A DNA stretch of 64,000 bases from Squalus acanthias. Its lineage: Eukaryota. Both the position numbers and the translations under genes were made by a program. Below, one piece after another: positions 10,213 through 22,800 of the stretch; within the stretch, counting starts at the first letter, position 1, and each line of letters starts with the position of its first letter. A model generated the notes under the pieces. It was not told where the DNA came from, did not search any database, and saw only the letters and a program-made list of their open reading frames with translations. The stretch spans positions 10,170,001-10,234,000 of the forward strand of contig CM059433.1 in NCBI GenBank assembly GCA_030390025.1. The letters run 5' to 3'.

Positions 10213-12350
10213 AATAGGAACATAGGAACAGTAGTAGGCTATTTAGCCCCTCGAGCCTATGCCGCCATTCAATGAGATCATGGCTGATCTGCGACCTAAC
10301 TCCATATACCCTGCCTTTGCCCCATATCCCTTTATACATTTGGTTAACAAAAATCTATCAATCTCAGATTTAAAATTAACAATTGATCTAGCACCAATTG
10401 CTGTTTGCGGAAGAGAGTTCCAAACTTCTACCACCCTTTGGCCAGAATTTTGCCGCCGCTCAGAGGGCGGATTCGGAGGCGGGTCTGCTGTCAAAATCGA
10501 AAAGATTGACAGCGGGTTGGGATCCCGCTCTGAACCCGCCTCCGTGCCAGTTTCCCAAGTGCGGGGACCGCCTGAGCTTCGCAGACCCGGCACTAAGCGG
10601 AGGGTCAGTCAATTGAGATATTTAAGAGGGATCTTTAAAGGTAGTTGAACAGCATTTTGCCACCTTCTAGCCATTTTTCCAACTTTTCCACGAGGTTCCC
10701 GTCACTCGGGGATCACGTCAGGTAAGTGTGTCGGGTTCTCGATGACTCCCCATTGCTGTGAATAGGTGACAGCTGTAAAAGTGGGATAAAACCCACAATT
10801 TCACAGCCGTTCACTTTCCAATGTCAGAAGCTTGAGCCTTAAGGAGTTGGAAGACACTTTTGAACTGTATGCAGTAAACTCTCTATCCATTGTCATCTCC
10901 TTGGAGCAAGCTCTCTCACCATTGACAGATCACTTCTGTCATCTCAACTTCAGCTGCCATCTATTCCAGCAGCATTGGTACCCTTGAAAAAATCTCACCT
11001 TAGTCTTCAGAATCCCACCACAATCAGCCCCAACACCAGCATCAGCAGGCACACCAGCAACAACACTAACATCACCAACAACAACACCAACCTTCTCCGC
11101 AATCACCTGATGCTGCACAGGACACAGGACATCAGCACCCGACCACATTGTTGCCCAGGAGGCCAGGAATGGCCAGATTTACTTCACTTGACGCTGTACA
11201 CCCTGGCTGCCACATGATGCGCCAGGTTGGCACCACTCCACACCAACACCATAAAGCATCCCTACAATGCCCAAGCCATTCCTTTCACACTCATCACCAT
11301 TGTGGGGGGTAACGTTATGTCTCACCATTCACTGCAACTCACTAAGACATTTCCAAAGGTGCACACAAATCTGTCCAAGGCGGCAAAGTGTTGAAAATAA
11401 AGATTTCAATGCTTGACAACACATTAACAGAAACTTTACACGAACATTGGCTAAAGCACACAAGTCTACCCTTGTATGTTGTTAGTTGGTATGATTGGAC
11501 AAGGATGAGGGTAAGTGTGAGGGGTGGCTAGTGAGATGGGGAAGTGATAATGTAGATAGGGGGGGATGGGTGGAGGTGCAAGGTAAGTTGGTGAGAGTAA
11601 GGATGTGCAGGAGTATGGTAGGGAAGGCAGAGTGATGGGGGTGTGATGAATGGCACAGCAGGATGAAGTTGAGTGTCGCTTGGCAGTAACGTTTCGTGAT
11701 CTACTGAGATCATTGAAAGGTTTGCGCCACTGCAGCCTGGTCCTCCAGACGACATCCCTGCTTGTGCCCTCCTGTGCAATATGTAACCAGGCTGCATTGG
11801 TGTCCGGGGTAGGTCTCTTCCACCCATTGGAAGGGAAGAGGACCTCCCTGCGTGCTGTGACTCCATCCATAAGCATATGGAAGGAATCATGAGAGAGCCT
11901 GGGTGCAGCCGTGCACCTTTGTGCAGTGCTTGTCAGTATTTGCAGCACCTCAATGCTGTAGAACACTGACAGCAGAAATGTCAAAATCAATTTGGACACG
12001 GTCCCTTGAAGGAAACCGGCTGATGACGCGTCATCGGATGACTTCATCAGACCTGCTTCCTTTAATTGGCCGGGAGCCTCGCAGGGCGGGCTTAACAAGC
12101 CCAATCAGGGCAAAATCACTTGGAGGAGGCGGGATGAAGACAGGAGCGGGGTTTGAGGCCGCCACCTACTCCGGCCACACCGGACTCGCCATGGTTGGAG
12201 AAATCGCGGCCTTTGTGTGTTGAAGTGTTTTCTAACCTCACTCCTGAAAGGCCTGGCTCTAATTTTTAGACTATGGCCCCTAGTCCTAGACTCCCCAACC
12301 AGCAGAAATAGTTTCTCTATATCGGCCATATCAGTTCCCCTTAATATCTT
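10213..12350 (-). mobile_element. CR1 3' fragment split by the Harbinger derivative 10440-12211
   Basis: QRVVEVWNSLP (left part) and ESRTRGHSLKIR (right part) rejoin across a TTT duplication. Confidence 0.8.
10440..12211. mobile_element. Harbinger deletion derivative (family A, opposite orientation to 19356-24449)
   Basis: GGCCAGAATTTT...AAATCGCGGCC termini; TSD TTT. Gln-rich transposase N-terminal remnant on + (~10970-11140). Myb/SANT exon 1 on - (~11915-11691; LMDGVTARREVLFP...AAW...RT.LQWRKPFNDL). Confidence 0.8.
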
Positions 12351-12725
12351 ATCTGATGTCATCTCAACCCCTCGATGTGTTACAGCCTTATTAAGCCCTC
12401 CAGACTGTGTATAGCCCTGATTATACTGTGTGCACATATGGATAGTCTATATAATGCATATATTTCATCATATAGATAGAAAGAAAGAATGCTTCAGGAG
12501 AGAAAACTCCATCAAAGCCTTTAATCAGAAAGCTGCAAGAGCAAGCTTTGGTCAGGCTGAGAAGGCTGGAATGCAAGGGAATAGTTGGGAATTATTGTAG
12601 GGTAGCGTGGTGTGTTCATTACTTGATGTCATTAAGCCAAGACAAGTTGTACTGATTGAACTAAGAGAGCCTGATCATAACTATTATTCTGTATGTTCAC
12701 CCGCTGTGAAATAAAGCAACTTATG

Positions 12726-14278
12726 GGGGGCGAAATTGAGCTCTGTAGCGTCCATTTTTTGAGCGCTATGAGGCCTCTTGAACTAAAATAATGGCATCCG
12801 CGACGGCGCATACTCTTCCAATGGGAAGAGCGCAGGGCGCCATCTTTGTAAAGGCGTTCGCGTACGCGGACCTAATGAGCACAAGCAGCGTGCAGTGTAG
12901 AAAGACCATGACGTCAATCAGCATGTAACGCTGATTTGATGCCAGCGCTGCCATTTTGGAGCCCCACCCTCCAGCCTACCCGCTCTCTTAACCTTGCACA
13001 GCTGAACACACGTTCAACGGCATGAAGGACCGCCCCACCAGCGCAATTTAAAGGGATCGTCAACTACTTGCAGGTTAGTTGCTGGATTATTTCTGCTGGC
13101 TGTTGCTGCAATTCTTCACATTTTGGGTGCTTTTCCACACTTGTTTAAAGTTTCAGTAGTCTACAGGGAATGGTCCGGTTGGTGCTCAAGTACTTCTTTG
13201 GTGACGCAAAGGCTTGTGCACAAACCAGCTGCTTCTAGGCATGGGTGGACTAGTAGGCCTTCCTCTTCACCTTGAGTATGACTGTGAGAATGAGCAGAGG
13301 CCTCGCAGTGCAGGAAAAGCTGCTAGAAGAGGGAGGAGGAGGAAGGCGAGAAGGGCTCCCCCATAATGGCCAGCACTGTCTCCTCCTTGGGGATCGAAAC
13401 ATGCAGGCATGCCTGTCCCCGTCCCATTCATTCCTGCTGCCTCCTGTTGTGTGCCACCTTCTCTTGCAAGAAAGAGGGAAGTGTGTCAGTGAGTGTCGTG
13501 CAATATGTTTGGGTGATGTGGCTGCCATGGCTGAATAGCTGCCAGTGTGTGCAAGCTTTGAGATGTGGATGCGAGGCTTGCAACAGTGCTAAGTTTGTGA
13601 GGGTGAGGTAAAGCACATGAATGTTAGGTATGAATCCTTATTGATAGAGATTGTTGGTGGGTGAGTGATGGGGCTGTAGTGAATTGAGCAGTGGATGAGG
13701 CTAGTAGGCGCAGTTGTCAGGTTATGGCATTTGAAAATGCACTCACTGACCTTGACAACTCGTGTAAGATCATTAAACTTCTTCCTGCACTGCATCCAGG
13801 TCCTTGGGGCTACACTCCTGGCATTGATCTCCGCCGTTATCTGTTACCATTGCCTCCTGAGCACGTATTTGGAGGACCTCCAGCCCCCCTGAGGATACAG
13901 GACATCTCTCCTTTTTCCATCTCTTCCACCAAGACCTCCAGTAACCTTAATGCACGTTCTCTCCCATGCTCAGCCATTGTTGATTCTTCCACAGCACAAT
14001 ATTCAGAATGATCTCAGCACCACCAGCAGCCACAATGCACCTCCCCTTTAAGAGGTGCAGGCTAGGTTTAAGTAGTGCTCGGCACTCATGAAATGGGGCC
14101 CCCTGCTGATGTGTGCAGCCAATGAACAGCGTGGGGCGTGCTGGCTACAAGCAGAAATCATGGAAATGAGCGGGCAGCATGAAGTTGGCATCTTGCCTGC
14201 GGTGCACTCAACGGGCGCGGGTTAATTGTACATTGTGATCCCTGCGTCCGTTTTCGGGAGTTATCCAATTCAACTCCC
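12726..14278. mobile_element. Harbinger deletion derivative (family B, copy 2)
   Basis: Imperfect TIR GGGGGCGAAATTG / GGGAGTTGAATTG; TSD ATG. Transposase start MGGLVGLPLHLEYD at 13241 (+). Myb exon 1 at 13977-13751 (-, RTWMQCRKKFNDL|GT) and exon 2 remnant 13463-13358. Confidence 0.8.
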
Positions 14279-14308
14279 ATGGATTCATATCAAGCCTCAT
14301 TTCACTAA

Positions 14309-15152
14309 GAGGGTGATTTTGCCAATGGGGGCGCGTTGGAGGCGGGACTGCTGCTTGTCGGGTCGATGTCCCGCCTCCATCAACTTGTGGCCAACCCACG
14401 CTATTTTCCCTTGATTGACCTTGTTAAGCCCGCCCAGCGGGCTTAGCAGGCCAATTAAAGGGAAGCTGGTTACAGAGAATGTCAGCGTATGACGTTTCAT
14501 CTGTCAAAAATTTTTGACAGATGAATTGTCATCGTTTGACAGCTCTGTGAAGCTGTCAAACACTGACATTCTCTGTAGTTTGATGAGTTCTTGTATTCAA
14601 GACTCATCAAACCCCTTTTGTGAGCAGAAATTAGATGGTTGTTGCATCGGAGAATGCAGCAGCCATCTGTCATCTCTGCCGGTGAGATGCGGGAGTCTCC
14701 GGTTCTCCAACTGTTGAAGCCTGCAGGAAGAAACAAAGGTAAGTAAAAATTTTCTATCACTTTCCACTCACCTCACATACTTACCTCTCCACACTTGCAC
14801 CCATCACTCACCTCCACAGCACACTTTTGGACCCCTCCGACCCCCGCAGACCCACTGCTCGCCTCGGTGACCCTGGCTGGGTTTCCCGACGTTGGAAAGC
14901 CCGCACCTCTGGTGGAAAAATGGGGATAATCCTCTTAACTGCCTGTTAACTACCTGTTAACAGACAGTTAAGTGGCTGTAATCCCCTTCCCGCCTCCAGG
15001 AGATGGGACCCGGCGCGGGTCGGGTACCCGCCTCCTGGGAAGATGGCACGGAGGCGGGTTGGGGGGGGATGGGCACCCGCCCCCAGATTCTGCCATTTTC
15101 CCGGCAGTCCCGCCTCCAAACCCGCCTCCCCAGGGCTGGCAAGATCGCGCCC
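14309..15152. mobile_element. Non-autonomous Harbinger-type element (family C)
   Basis: Imperfect 15-bp TIR; TSD TAA; second copy in reverse orientation at 63216-63744. Confidence 0.7.
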
Positions 15153-15552
15153 TAAGTATTTTCTTGGTCCACCTCAAAGGGATTGAAGAAGCACACATAT
15201 GAAAGACATGAATATCCAGTATGAATCACAAGAGGATACTATTGTTACACCCATGGGCTGCACACTTCTATAGTTAGATATTGGGTGGTACACGCACACC
15301 CCTAAATGTAAGGCATTCAAATCACTTACGGAAGTGTCTAGCACCCCTGTATCTTAGAGAATATCAAAGGCAAGACTTTATACCTGTAACAAGTATTTAA
15401 TGAACAATCCTACTTATTTCCACCTTAAATGCCATTAAAGAGGAGCAGCAATTGGACCAGGGCCAGTCTTACACATTGCAAGTCTCTATGTAGCAGATGT
15501 CCTGGGACCCCTTCAGATCCGACCGGGCGAATATAATACTTTTATTGTTCTG

Positions 15553-15774
15553 CTACTAATCAGTGAGAGGGTCTTTGACCTACTCCATTCCCAACCTGGG
15601 TGGGTTCACTCCTCTTTGCATGACCCGGTCACCCTGGGCTTCCCAGGATCACTGTATCAGCGCTGACTTTAAACCGGACACTCGATCGGCACAAACTATT
15701 CCAGCACAGAACTCCTGACCCCAAGCAATGAGCCTCCCAGCAGCTGGATTATAGGAGTGTGTCGCACCCTCGGT
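15553..15774 (-). ncRNA. RN7SL: Diverged 7SL (SRP) RNA copy or pseudogene, 3'-truncated
   Basis: Plus strand follows the reverse complement of vertebrate 7SL block by block: CTACTaATCAG, TTTGACCTaCTCC, ACCTGGG..GGTTCAC.CCTC, CGGACACtCGATCGGCA, CAG.aCAGAACTCCTG, AGCCTCCC.AG.AGCTGG. Covers the 5' Alu part and the S domain. Confidence 0.8.
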
Positions 15775-16570
15775 GTGGACATTTTAACAGGACCTGAGCC
15801 GGGGAGCCAGAAATGGTACATTACATAAGATAATGAAACGTCATTTGGCGCTTAATTATATACAGTTTTAGGGCAATATTTACCGAGCTAGTAAATGGGA
15901 GCAAAGCTGCCAAGTAGTAGAGGGAGGAAAAATTGTCCTGATTCACTGCAGTAGCCTACCACTGCCGTCAAATGCCACTTTATTAAATGTCGTTCTGCTC
16001 CCGCTGTCAGTTCCTGATAGACTTGATACTTCTAATCTCAAAGACTTTGGTTGTGGCACATCTCCATCTTTGCTGAGAAGTTACTGTCACTGGTTCTTCA
16101 AGCCACAGTTTGCTACTCAGTGACTGTAACTTTGTAACTTTGCTCCCACATTACAGCTTGCTTCGGCAGAAACACAGTTGCCGCCTTTTCGGAAACATAT
16201 GTAGATCCTTCGAACGTACAACGAACAGCCAGTTCTGTCTTCTGCTTGCTCGGTCAAACACACACACACTGAGCACAGCACAGTACATGGTAACACCAGC
16301 CCCGATTTTAAGTTCGTGACGTGCTGGAAGCGGGGGGGGGGGTCCCGATAGCGCGCGGGAAACCCGGAAGTGAGTTCAGCGCATCTGTCAGTGGCTTTTT
16401 AGCTCAGCCTCCTCATTATCATTTTACTTCCCGGCTTCCCATCCAATCAGCGGCAGCGGGCGTGATGTGGACCTGCGTAACGCGATCTAAACTCCAGTAT
16501 TTAAAGAGACCATCCAAGCATCCAAGCTGTAGGAGTTGGAGTTGGTTGTAAGAGAACTGGAAGTGTTAGA

Positions 16571-18011
16571 ATGGAGTCCGGACGGGCAAAGGCTGCGCTC
16601 TGTTTCACTGACGCCTCCCTGGATGCGCTGCTGGGGGCCGTGAGGAGTAGGAGAGAGATACTCTACCCTAGCAACGGGAGGAAGAAGTCTGCAGCTGAGA
16701 CCAAGAAGGCGTGGTTGGAATTAGCGGAGGAGGTCAGCAGCAGGAGCCTAGTACCACGCTCCTGGATTCTGTGCAGAAAGCAGTTTAATGACCTAAGCAG
16801 GTCAGGAAAGGTGAACACAGTGCCACATTCATCTACATCCTGCTGTGCACATCACACCACCCCCTCACTCTGCCTTCTCAAAGCCTACTCCATCACATCA
16901 CTCCTCACACCCACTTATCTTGCAGGTGCACCCATCCCTCTCTGTCTATGTACTTCCTCACATCTCCATCTATCCATCCACCCACTCACCCTCATCCTTA
17001 TGCAATGTCATGCCTCTCCCACATAGTCACCCATACCAAATGCACACCATCCATCGGATAAGCACATGCCATCGCACTCACTCGTAGGTCTGTTCTTTCT
17101 CTCCTTGCAGGAGAAGAGAGCACAGAACACCAGGGAGAGGGAGAGAACCGGAGGGGGCCCTCCACAGATCAAGCAGGTCACAACTGCAGAGGAGGAGATG
17201 CTGGAAGTAAGTGGAGTTATGGCATCCCTGGCTGTCGGAGATGTGGAGACGGGGAGCTCCCAGCTACCTGACGATATAATTAAATAAAAGCCACCCACAC
17301 ATCAGCTGGACACAGATGCTGTTCCCCCCGCGGGGGCCATCGATGAAGAGGAGTATCATTGAGCAGCAGCGGACAATGTGCGATGTACTGACCGACCTTC
17401 AAAGTAGACTCACCACGACTGCAGAGAGATTGGCGGAGTCCACCACAAGCATGAGGGGGGTGATGTCACAGGCCATCGAGATGATGTCTTCTTCCATGGA
17501 TAGAGTGGCCAGCGCCATGGACCGTCAAACGCTCCAATCAAATAAGTCCATGCACGCTTTCAACACCACCGTGCAGACTCTGGGTGCCAACATGTCTACC
17601 ACCTTAAATAGGTTGACAGATACCTTAGCCTTGGCCTTACAGGGCCGCACTGATATGCACCAAAGTGTTCACCAGCACAGTGGGAGCAATGAAGTGTGGC
17701 TGGGCCATGAGAGGGATGATGGCGAAAGGGGTCCTGGAAGTGGGGACTCCACTTGAAGCGCTTCCACTGCCCACCTCTCAGTCAGTAGCCCACATGCTGC
17801 CTCGTCTCCCGATGGCTGAGGCTGCACCTACACAGGTGCAGGTGGAGCAGTCTATGGCAGGGCTCTCACGGGCTCCAAAACCCGGAAGACGTCAGCCAAG
17901 AACATCTCAGCAGTGACAGCGGGGATCTGAGCAGTCGGCCCCCGCCTCTGCTGAAGCCCCACAGGTTGCACGACATAGGAGCGGCAGAAAAAGGAAGAGT
18001 AAGGCTTTGTA
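16571..18011 (+). pseudogene. Harbinger Myb/SANT-like DNA-binding partner gene (exons 16571-16810, 17111-17270, exon 3 remnant ~17290-18011)
   Basis: Exon 1 is 80 open codons ending RSWILCRKQFNDLSRSGK|GT. Exon 2 follows ttgcAG and reads EKRAQNTRERERTGGGPP in frame. Second donor and start of exon 3 are deleted. Confidence 0.8.
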
Positions 18012-18517
18012 GTTGCACAAGGGTGTCTGAGAAAATGTTCTTTTGATAAGTGTTTAGGGGAGTCATTCGTGCGCGCCAACAGAATTGGCAACTCGAGTTA
18101 ATGGCTGCCGAGAATGGCCGCAACGCTACTGTCGAAAAATTGGCTCTGGGGGGGTTGGCGATGTGGAGCGCAGCGCTAGCTTATCGTGCAACGCCCTCCT
18201 GGTGGCGTTAATGAAGTGCCTCCGACCCGAAGGTCCCGTCCACAGTCGGTGTTGCAGCTTCTTACAGCCTCTGGGAGCGAGGCTGTGGAGTTCGCAAGGC
18301 ATGGTGGGCAATTAAAGGGGCTATACATTAAAGGGGCAATGCATTCAAAACTTATAAAATTAAAATCAAGTGGGAAAAAAATGAATTTTTCAGCCCTTAC
18401 TGCCTTTCAAAGAAACATAAACATTAAAAATGATTCCCAAATGGCAGTCTTCAGCTCTTAAAGCTGAATTGTCTTCCACACCTAAAAAATGGTAAAAATG
18501 CTTCAGCACTGACACAA

Positions 18518-18975
18518 ATGGCTCAGCAAGCCAGGGAAGGGGCACCCAGGGTCTCGCACACAGCACTCCAGACTGTGCAGGTGGTCAACACTGCAAGAGA
18601 GGTCCTCTACCCACAGGGGCCAGGAGGCCCTCCAGAAAGAAGGATGTGGGACCAGATCACCGAGGCTGTCACTGCCAGCAGTGTCGCCCCCACCACCTGG
18701 CTCCAGTGCCCGAAGAAGCTTCATGACCCCAGTCCAGTGGTCAAGGTCAGTGAATGCATCTTCAAAAGCCGTCTCCTACCAACTGCATCACTAGCCTCAC
18801 ACACTGCTCAATGCACAACTCACCGCCCCCATCACTCACCTACCAAACACGAGGTACATCTACCATTCCTAGCTTCACCTCACCCCCTTGGAGGAGACGG
18901 TGAAGGCCATTCTTGGCAGGGGCATGGCTGAGCCCTTGGCCAGCAGCGGGGCAGAAAGGATACAAGATGCATGGT
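18518..18975 (+). pseudogene. Degraded Harbinger Myb/SANT partner (exon 1 18518-18745 plus exon 2 remnant)
   Basis: MAQQAREGAPR...REVLYPQG...WDQI...TWLQCPKKLHD...VVK|GTCAGT; homologous to 13977-13751. Confidence 0.7.
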
Positions 18976-21170
18976 ATCCTCACACGTTATCCTGCTTCTC
19001 ACATACACCTCTTGCTTTCCCGCCCTCCCCTCACCACAACTCCACCCTTGTGGGAGGAGGCTCGTGTGGAGCATAAACACCGGGACGGACCAGTTGGGCC
19101 GAATGGCCTGTTTCTGTGCTGTAAATTCTTTGTAACTCTATAGCTTAGCTACTCACTGGCGAAACTCACTGAGCCATCAGGAAAGCCTCAGTGTCGGGTT
19201 TTTTTTAAATCTAAAATTACCATTTCATTTCATCAAAAGGAGCTTTGTACATGTTTCCAGAAAGGATACTACAGGGATTACCCTTATACTTTGATCTTCT
19301 CCAAGAAAACACTTTCTTATCTTCCATTAATGTGCCCTTCTCCCTTCCACACTTCGGCCGCGATTTTCCCTACCTGGGCGGGGTGAAGGCGGGAGATGGC
19401 AGTGGCAAGGGGTGACGAACCCGCTCCTGCGGCGATCCCGGACAAAAATAAGATCTTACCATGAAGGGCCTTATAAGAACATAAGAACATAAGAAATAGG
19501 AGCAGGAGTAGGCCAATTGGCCCCTCGAGCCTGCTCCGCCATTCAATAAGATCATGGCTGATCTGATCCTAACCGCCAATCTACTATCACAGACCTTGTT
19601 AGGCCCGCCCTGCGCGTTTCCCGTTCCAATTAATGGGAGCGGATCCGGTGACATCACCGGATGACGCGCTTCTTGCCGATATATTTAAAGGGGCCATGGC
19701 CCCGTTTGCTGCCAGTTGGATTTTCTTTGGTGAAGCTTGTGTTAGTGAGTGGAGGTCTGCACCATGATGTCTGAAAGCCAGAGATCTGCGCCTCATTTCA
19801 ATGATGAGTGCCTCCAGCATCTTGTTGAGGGAGTGAGGTGCGGCTCATAGGAGGAGGCCTCCCCAACAGACTAAATCAGCGTGGCTTAATAAAGTCAAAG
19901 AGGTAACGACTAATTCAGTGGTGCGTCGCACCTGGGTACAGTGCAGGAAACGGTTTAATGATTTTCTAAGATCAGGAAAAGTAAGTATAAACCTAGACTT
20001 ACCTTGATGATACTGTGCCTGTCATCACATCCCCACCACTGTGCATTGCCAACCATCCTCCTGCACAAAGTTACTCAGCCCAAGATCCCTTAGACCTTCA
20101 TCCAATCCGTCTCTCTCTATTCACATTACAAGGTCCCCATCTTAATTTCCACCCCTCACACTCAGCATCATCGTTATGCAATGAAAGCAAGTAACAGCAC
20201 AAAAGGAGGCAACGTGGTATCGCCAAGCCACTCCATCAAAGTCTCCCTGTGCAGCTGTGTGCCATTCCATTAATGACGGTCATTCCATCAGTCTCTTTAA
20301 ACCTTCTCTTCTTTGCCTCCTTGCAGGAAGAGATTGCCCACAATAAGAGGGAGAGGGAAGAGAATGGGCGGAGGCCCTCAGTCCATCTTTCATTTGTCAG
20401 GCGCGGAGGAGGCAGCACTCGATATTGCTGGTGTGGTGGAGGTTCCGGAAGTGGGGGACGGAGAGAGGGGCTCAATAGATGCTGGTGACAGAATTATTAT
20501 CCACGCAGTTGCAGGCCTTTCATCAGTCACTCACATGGGGTGTTATGTGATCAGAAAATTAATGGTGATGATGTGTATAATGGTATGTATCTGCACTTAA
20601 GATGTCATATATTTAAATCATGTCTTTACTCTCCAACAGGTCCATCAGGAGACCCCCCCCCCGCACCCCACTGTCCAAGAGCAAGAGGAACAAGACTGCT
20701 CAGAGGAGCCTCCTGCCTCTGAGGGTGCAGCGTCACCTCACAGAACGCAAACCAGCACCAGCGCAGATACGCACGCCTCGGTGGGACTGTCGCGAGATAG
20801 AGTAGTGTTGTCACCGGGTGTCTCACAAGTGAGCAAGAGCAGATGGTGGAGACAGTGACAGCAGTGGAGACTCCTCGTTGGAGGGTGCAGGAGTCTCCCT
20901 AGCTCTGCTCAGCTGCATGAAGACACTGAGCCTCGGGGTACATCCAGGAAGAGGGCGATCCTGGAGCTGCAGGAACAAGTGCAGGAGGCTCAGACAGGTT
21001 TTGTGACTGCGCTGACTACGAGTGTGCAGAGAATAGAGGAGTCCATCTCCAACATGAGCAGCACCTTGGCGCAGTCACTGGCAACTATAGCTTCCTCGAT
21101 GGATAGGATGGCCACCTGCATGGAGGAATCACAGCGCCAGTGTAATGACAAGATGGTTTCTCTTCTAAAT

Positions 21171-21338
21171 AGATGGTCATCCATGGAGGATAGATGGGCA
21201 TCCATGGAGGATAGATGGGCATCTATGGAGGATAGATGGGCATCCATGGAGGATAGATGGGCATCCATGGAGGATAGATGGGCATCCATGGAGGATAGAT
21301 GGGCATCCATGGAGGATAGATGGGCATCCATGGAGGAG
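21171..21338 (+). repeat. 21-bp tandem repeat x8 encoding (RWASMED)n in frame
   Basis: Unit AGATGGGCATCCATGGAGGAT, near-identical copies. Confidence 0.95.
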
Positions 21339-21698
21339 AGAAACCAGAGGCACATAGACGTCCTTTCTAGGAGGGATGTCAGTATAGACGTGGGCCCTAA
21401 TGTCCACACTGAAGTGCAGCAAGGTGCTCTCCAGCTTCTTCCTAGCAGGGAGGTGCGGGTGTCCCATGAGAGGGATGATGGTGGGAGGGGACATGTAAGT
21501 GGGGGCTCCTCTCCAAGCGCTCCAACTTCCACCCCCTTGCCACGCCCTCAGTCAGAGCCGCAGATGCTTCCCCAGAGAGTGATGGCCGAGTCTGCCCCTG
21601 CACAGCTGCAAGAGGAGTAGACTTTGGCGGGGCCCTCACAGGCCCCAAAACCCAGAGGATGACTGCCAAAGGCGTCTAAGCAGTTGCGGCAGGGAGGT

Positions 21699-22013
21699 GA
21701 TAGCAGAGGGGTCAAAAACCAGGGGGCATAGATTTAAAGTAATTGGGGGAAGGTTTAGAGGGGATTTGAGGGGAAATTTCTTCACCCAGAGGGTTGTGGG
21801 GGTCTGGAACTCACTGCCTGAAAGGGTGGTAGAGGCAGGAACCCTAACCACATTTAAAAAGTACTTGGATGTGCACTTGGGATGCTCTAACCTGCAGGGC
21901 TACGGACCAAGAGCTGGGAAGTGGGATTAAGCTGGATAACTCTTTGTTGGCCGGCGCGGACACGATGGGCCGAAATGGTCTCCTTCCGTGCTGTAACTTT
22001 CTATGATTCTATG
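21699..22013 (+). mobile_element. CR1 3' fragment nested in Myb exon 3
   Basis: TRGHRFK...FFTQRVVGVWNSLP; same subfamily as 6632-7593. Confidence 0.85.
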
Positions 22014-22375
22014 AGGAGGCTGCCTCTACCTCTGCTGAAGCCACAGGGGTAGCACCATGTAGAATCACCCGGAAAAGAAAGATCCCACACAAATAGTCAC
22101 AAAGGTTTTCACTCGGGTGTGTTTATCAGTATCATTATGATGGTTGTAAAAATATGGAGCTATGTAACTAAATCATTTATTTCTCTCACTTTGCAGTCGC
22201 AGCCAGACGTGTGGGATAGAATGGAGGTGTATGGTCAGGGCTGATTGGACATGCAGTAATGGTGCTGATGATGAAAAGAAGGAAGTAGTCATTGAGTGAA
22301 TGGTTTATGTTGCTGGTGTGGGATGATACCAACATGTGGACGCCTGTACCAGGCAAATGTGTGACATCCACAAAG

Positions 22376-22566
22376 TTACTGGAACCTGGCATTTATGAGG
22401 CGTCCCTGGCGTTATGACCAGCAACGTTCTCACGCACTGGTCTTAATGGCTGTGCCGGCTCCTGCAGGTATTCCTCATCGGCGTTGCCAACCTCATGTTG
22501 CTCCTCCTCCTCCTCCTCTTCCTCCTCCCCCTCCTCTTCCTCCTCCCCCCCTCCTCTTCCTCCTCC

Positions 22567-22598
<32 letters not shown>

Positions 22599-22678
22599 CT
22601 CCTCCTCCTCCTCCTCCTCCTCCTCCTGCTCCTCCTCCTCCTCCTCCTCCTCCTCCCCCTCCTCTTCCTCCTCCTCCC

Positions 22679-22718
<40 letters not shown>

Positions 22719-22765
22719 CTCCCCCTCCTCTTCCTCCTCCTCCTCCTCCTCCTCTTCCTCCTCCC

Positions 22766-22800
<35 letters not shown>

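Larger units (their letters stand above)
19764..22096 (+). pseudogene. Myb/SANT-like partner gene of the Harbinger element (exons 19764-19980, 20327-20484, 20640-22096)
   Basis: RTWVQCRKRFNDFLRSGK|GTAAGT; canonical AG acceptors; coiled-coil-like exon 3 ending RKRKIPHK*. Has frameshifts and a CR1 insertion at 21699-22013. Confidence 0.75.

Noticed and set aside
21171..21338. CRISPR-like array
   Set aside because: Head-to-tail units with no spacers, in frame within a eukaryotic TE gene.
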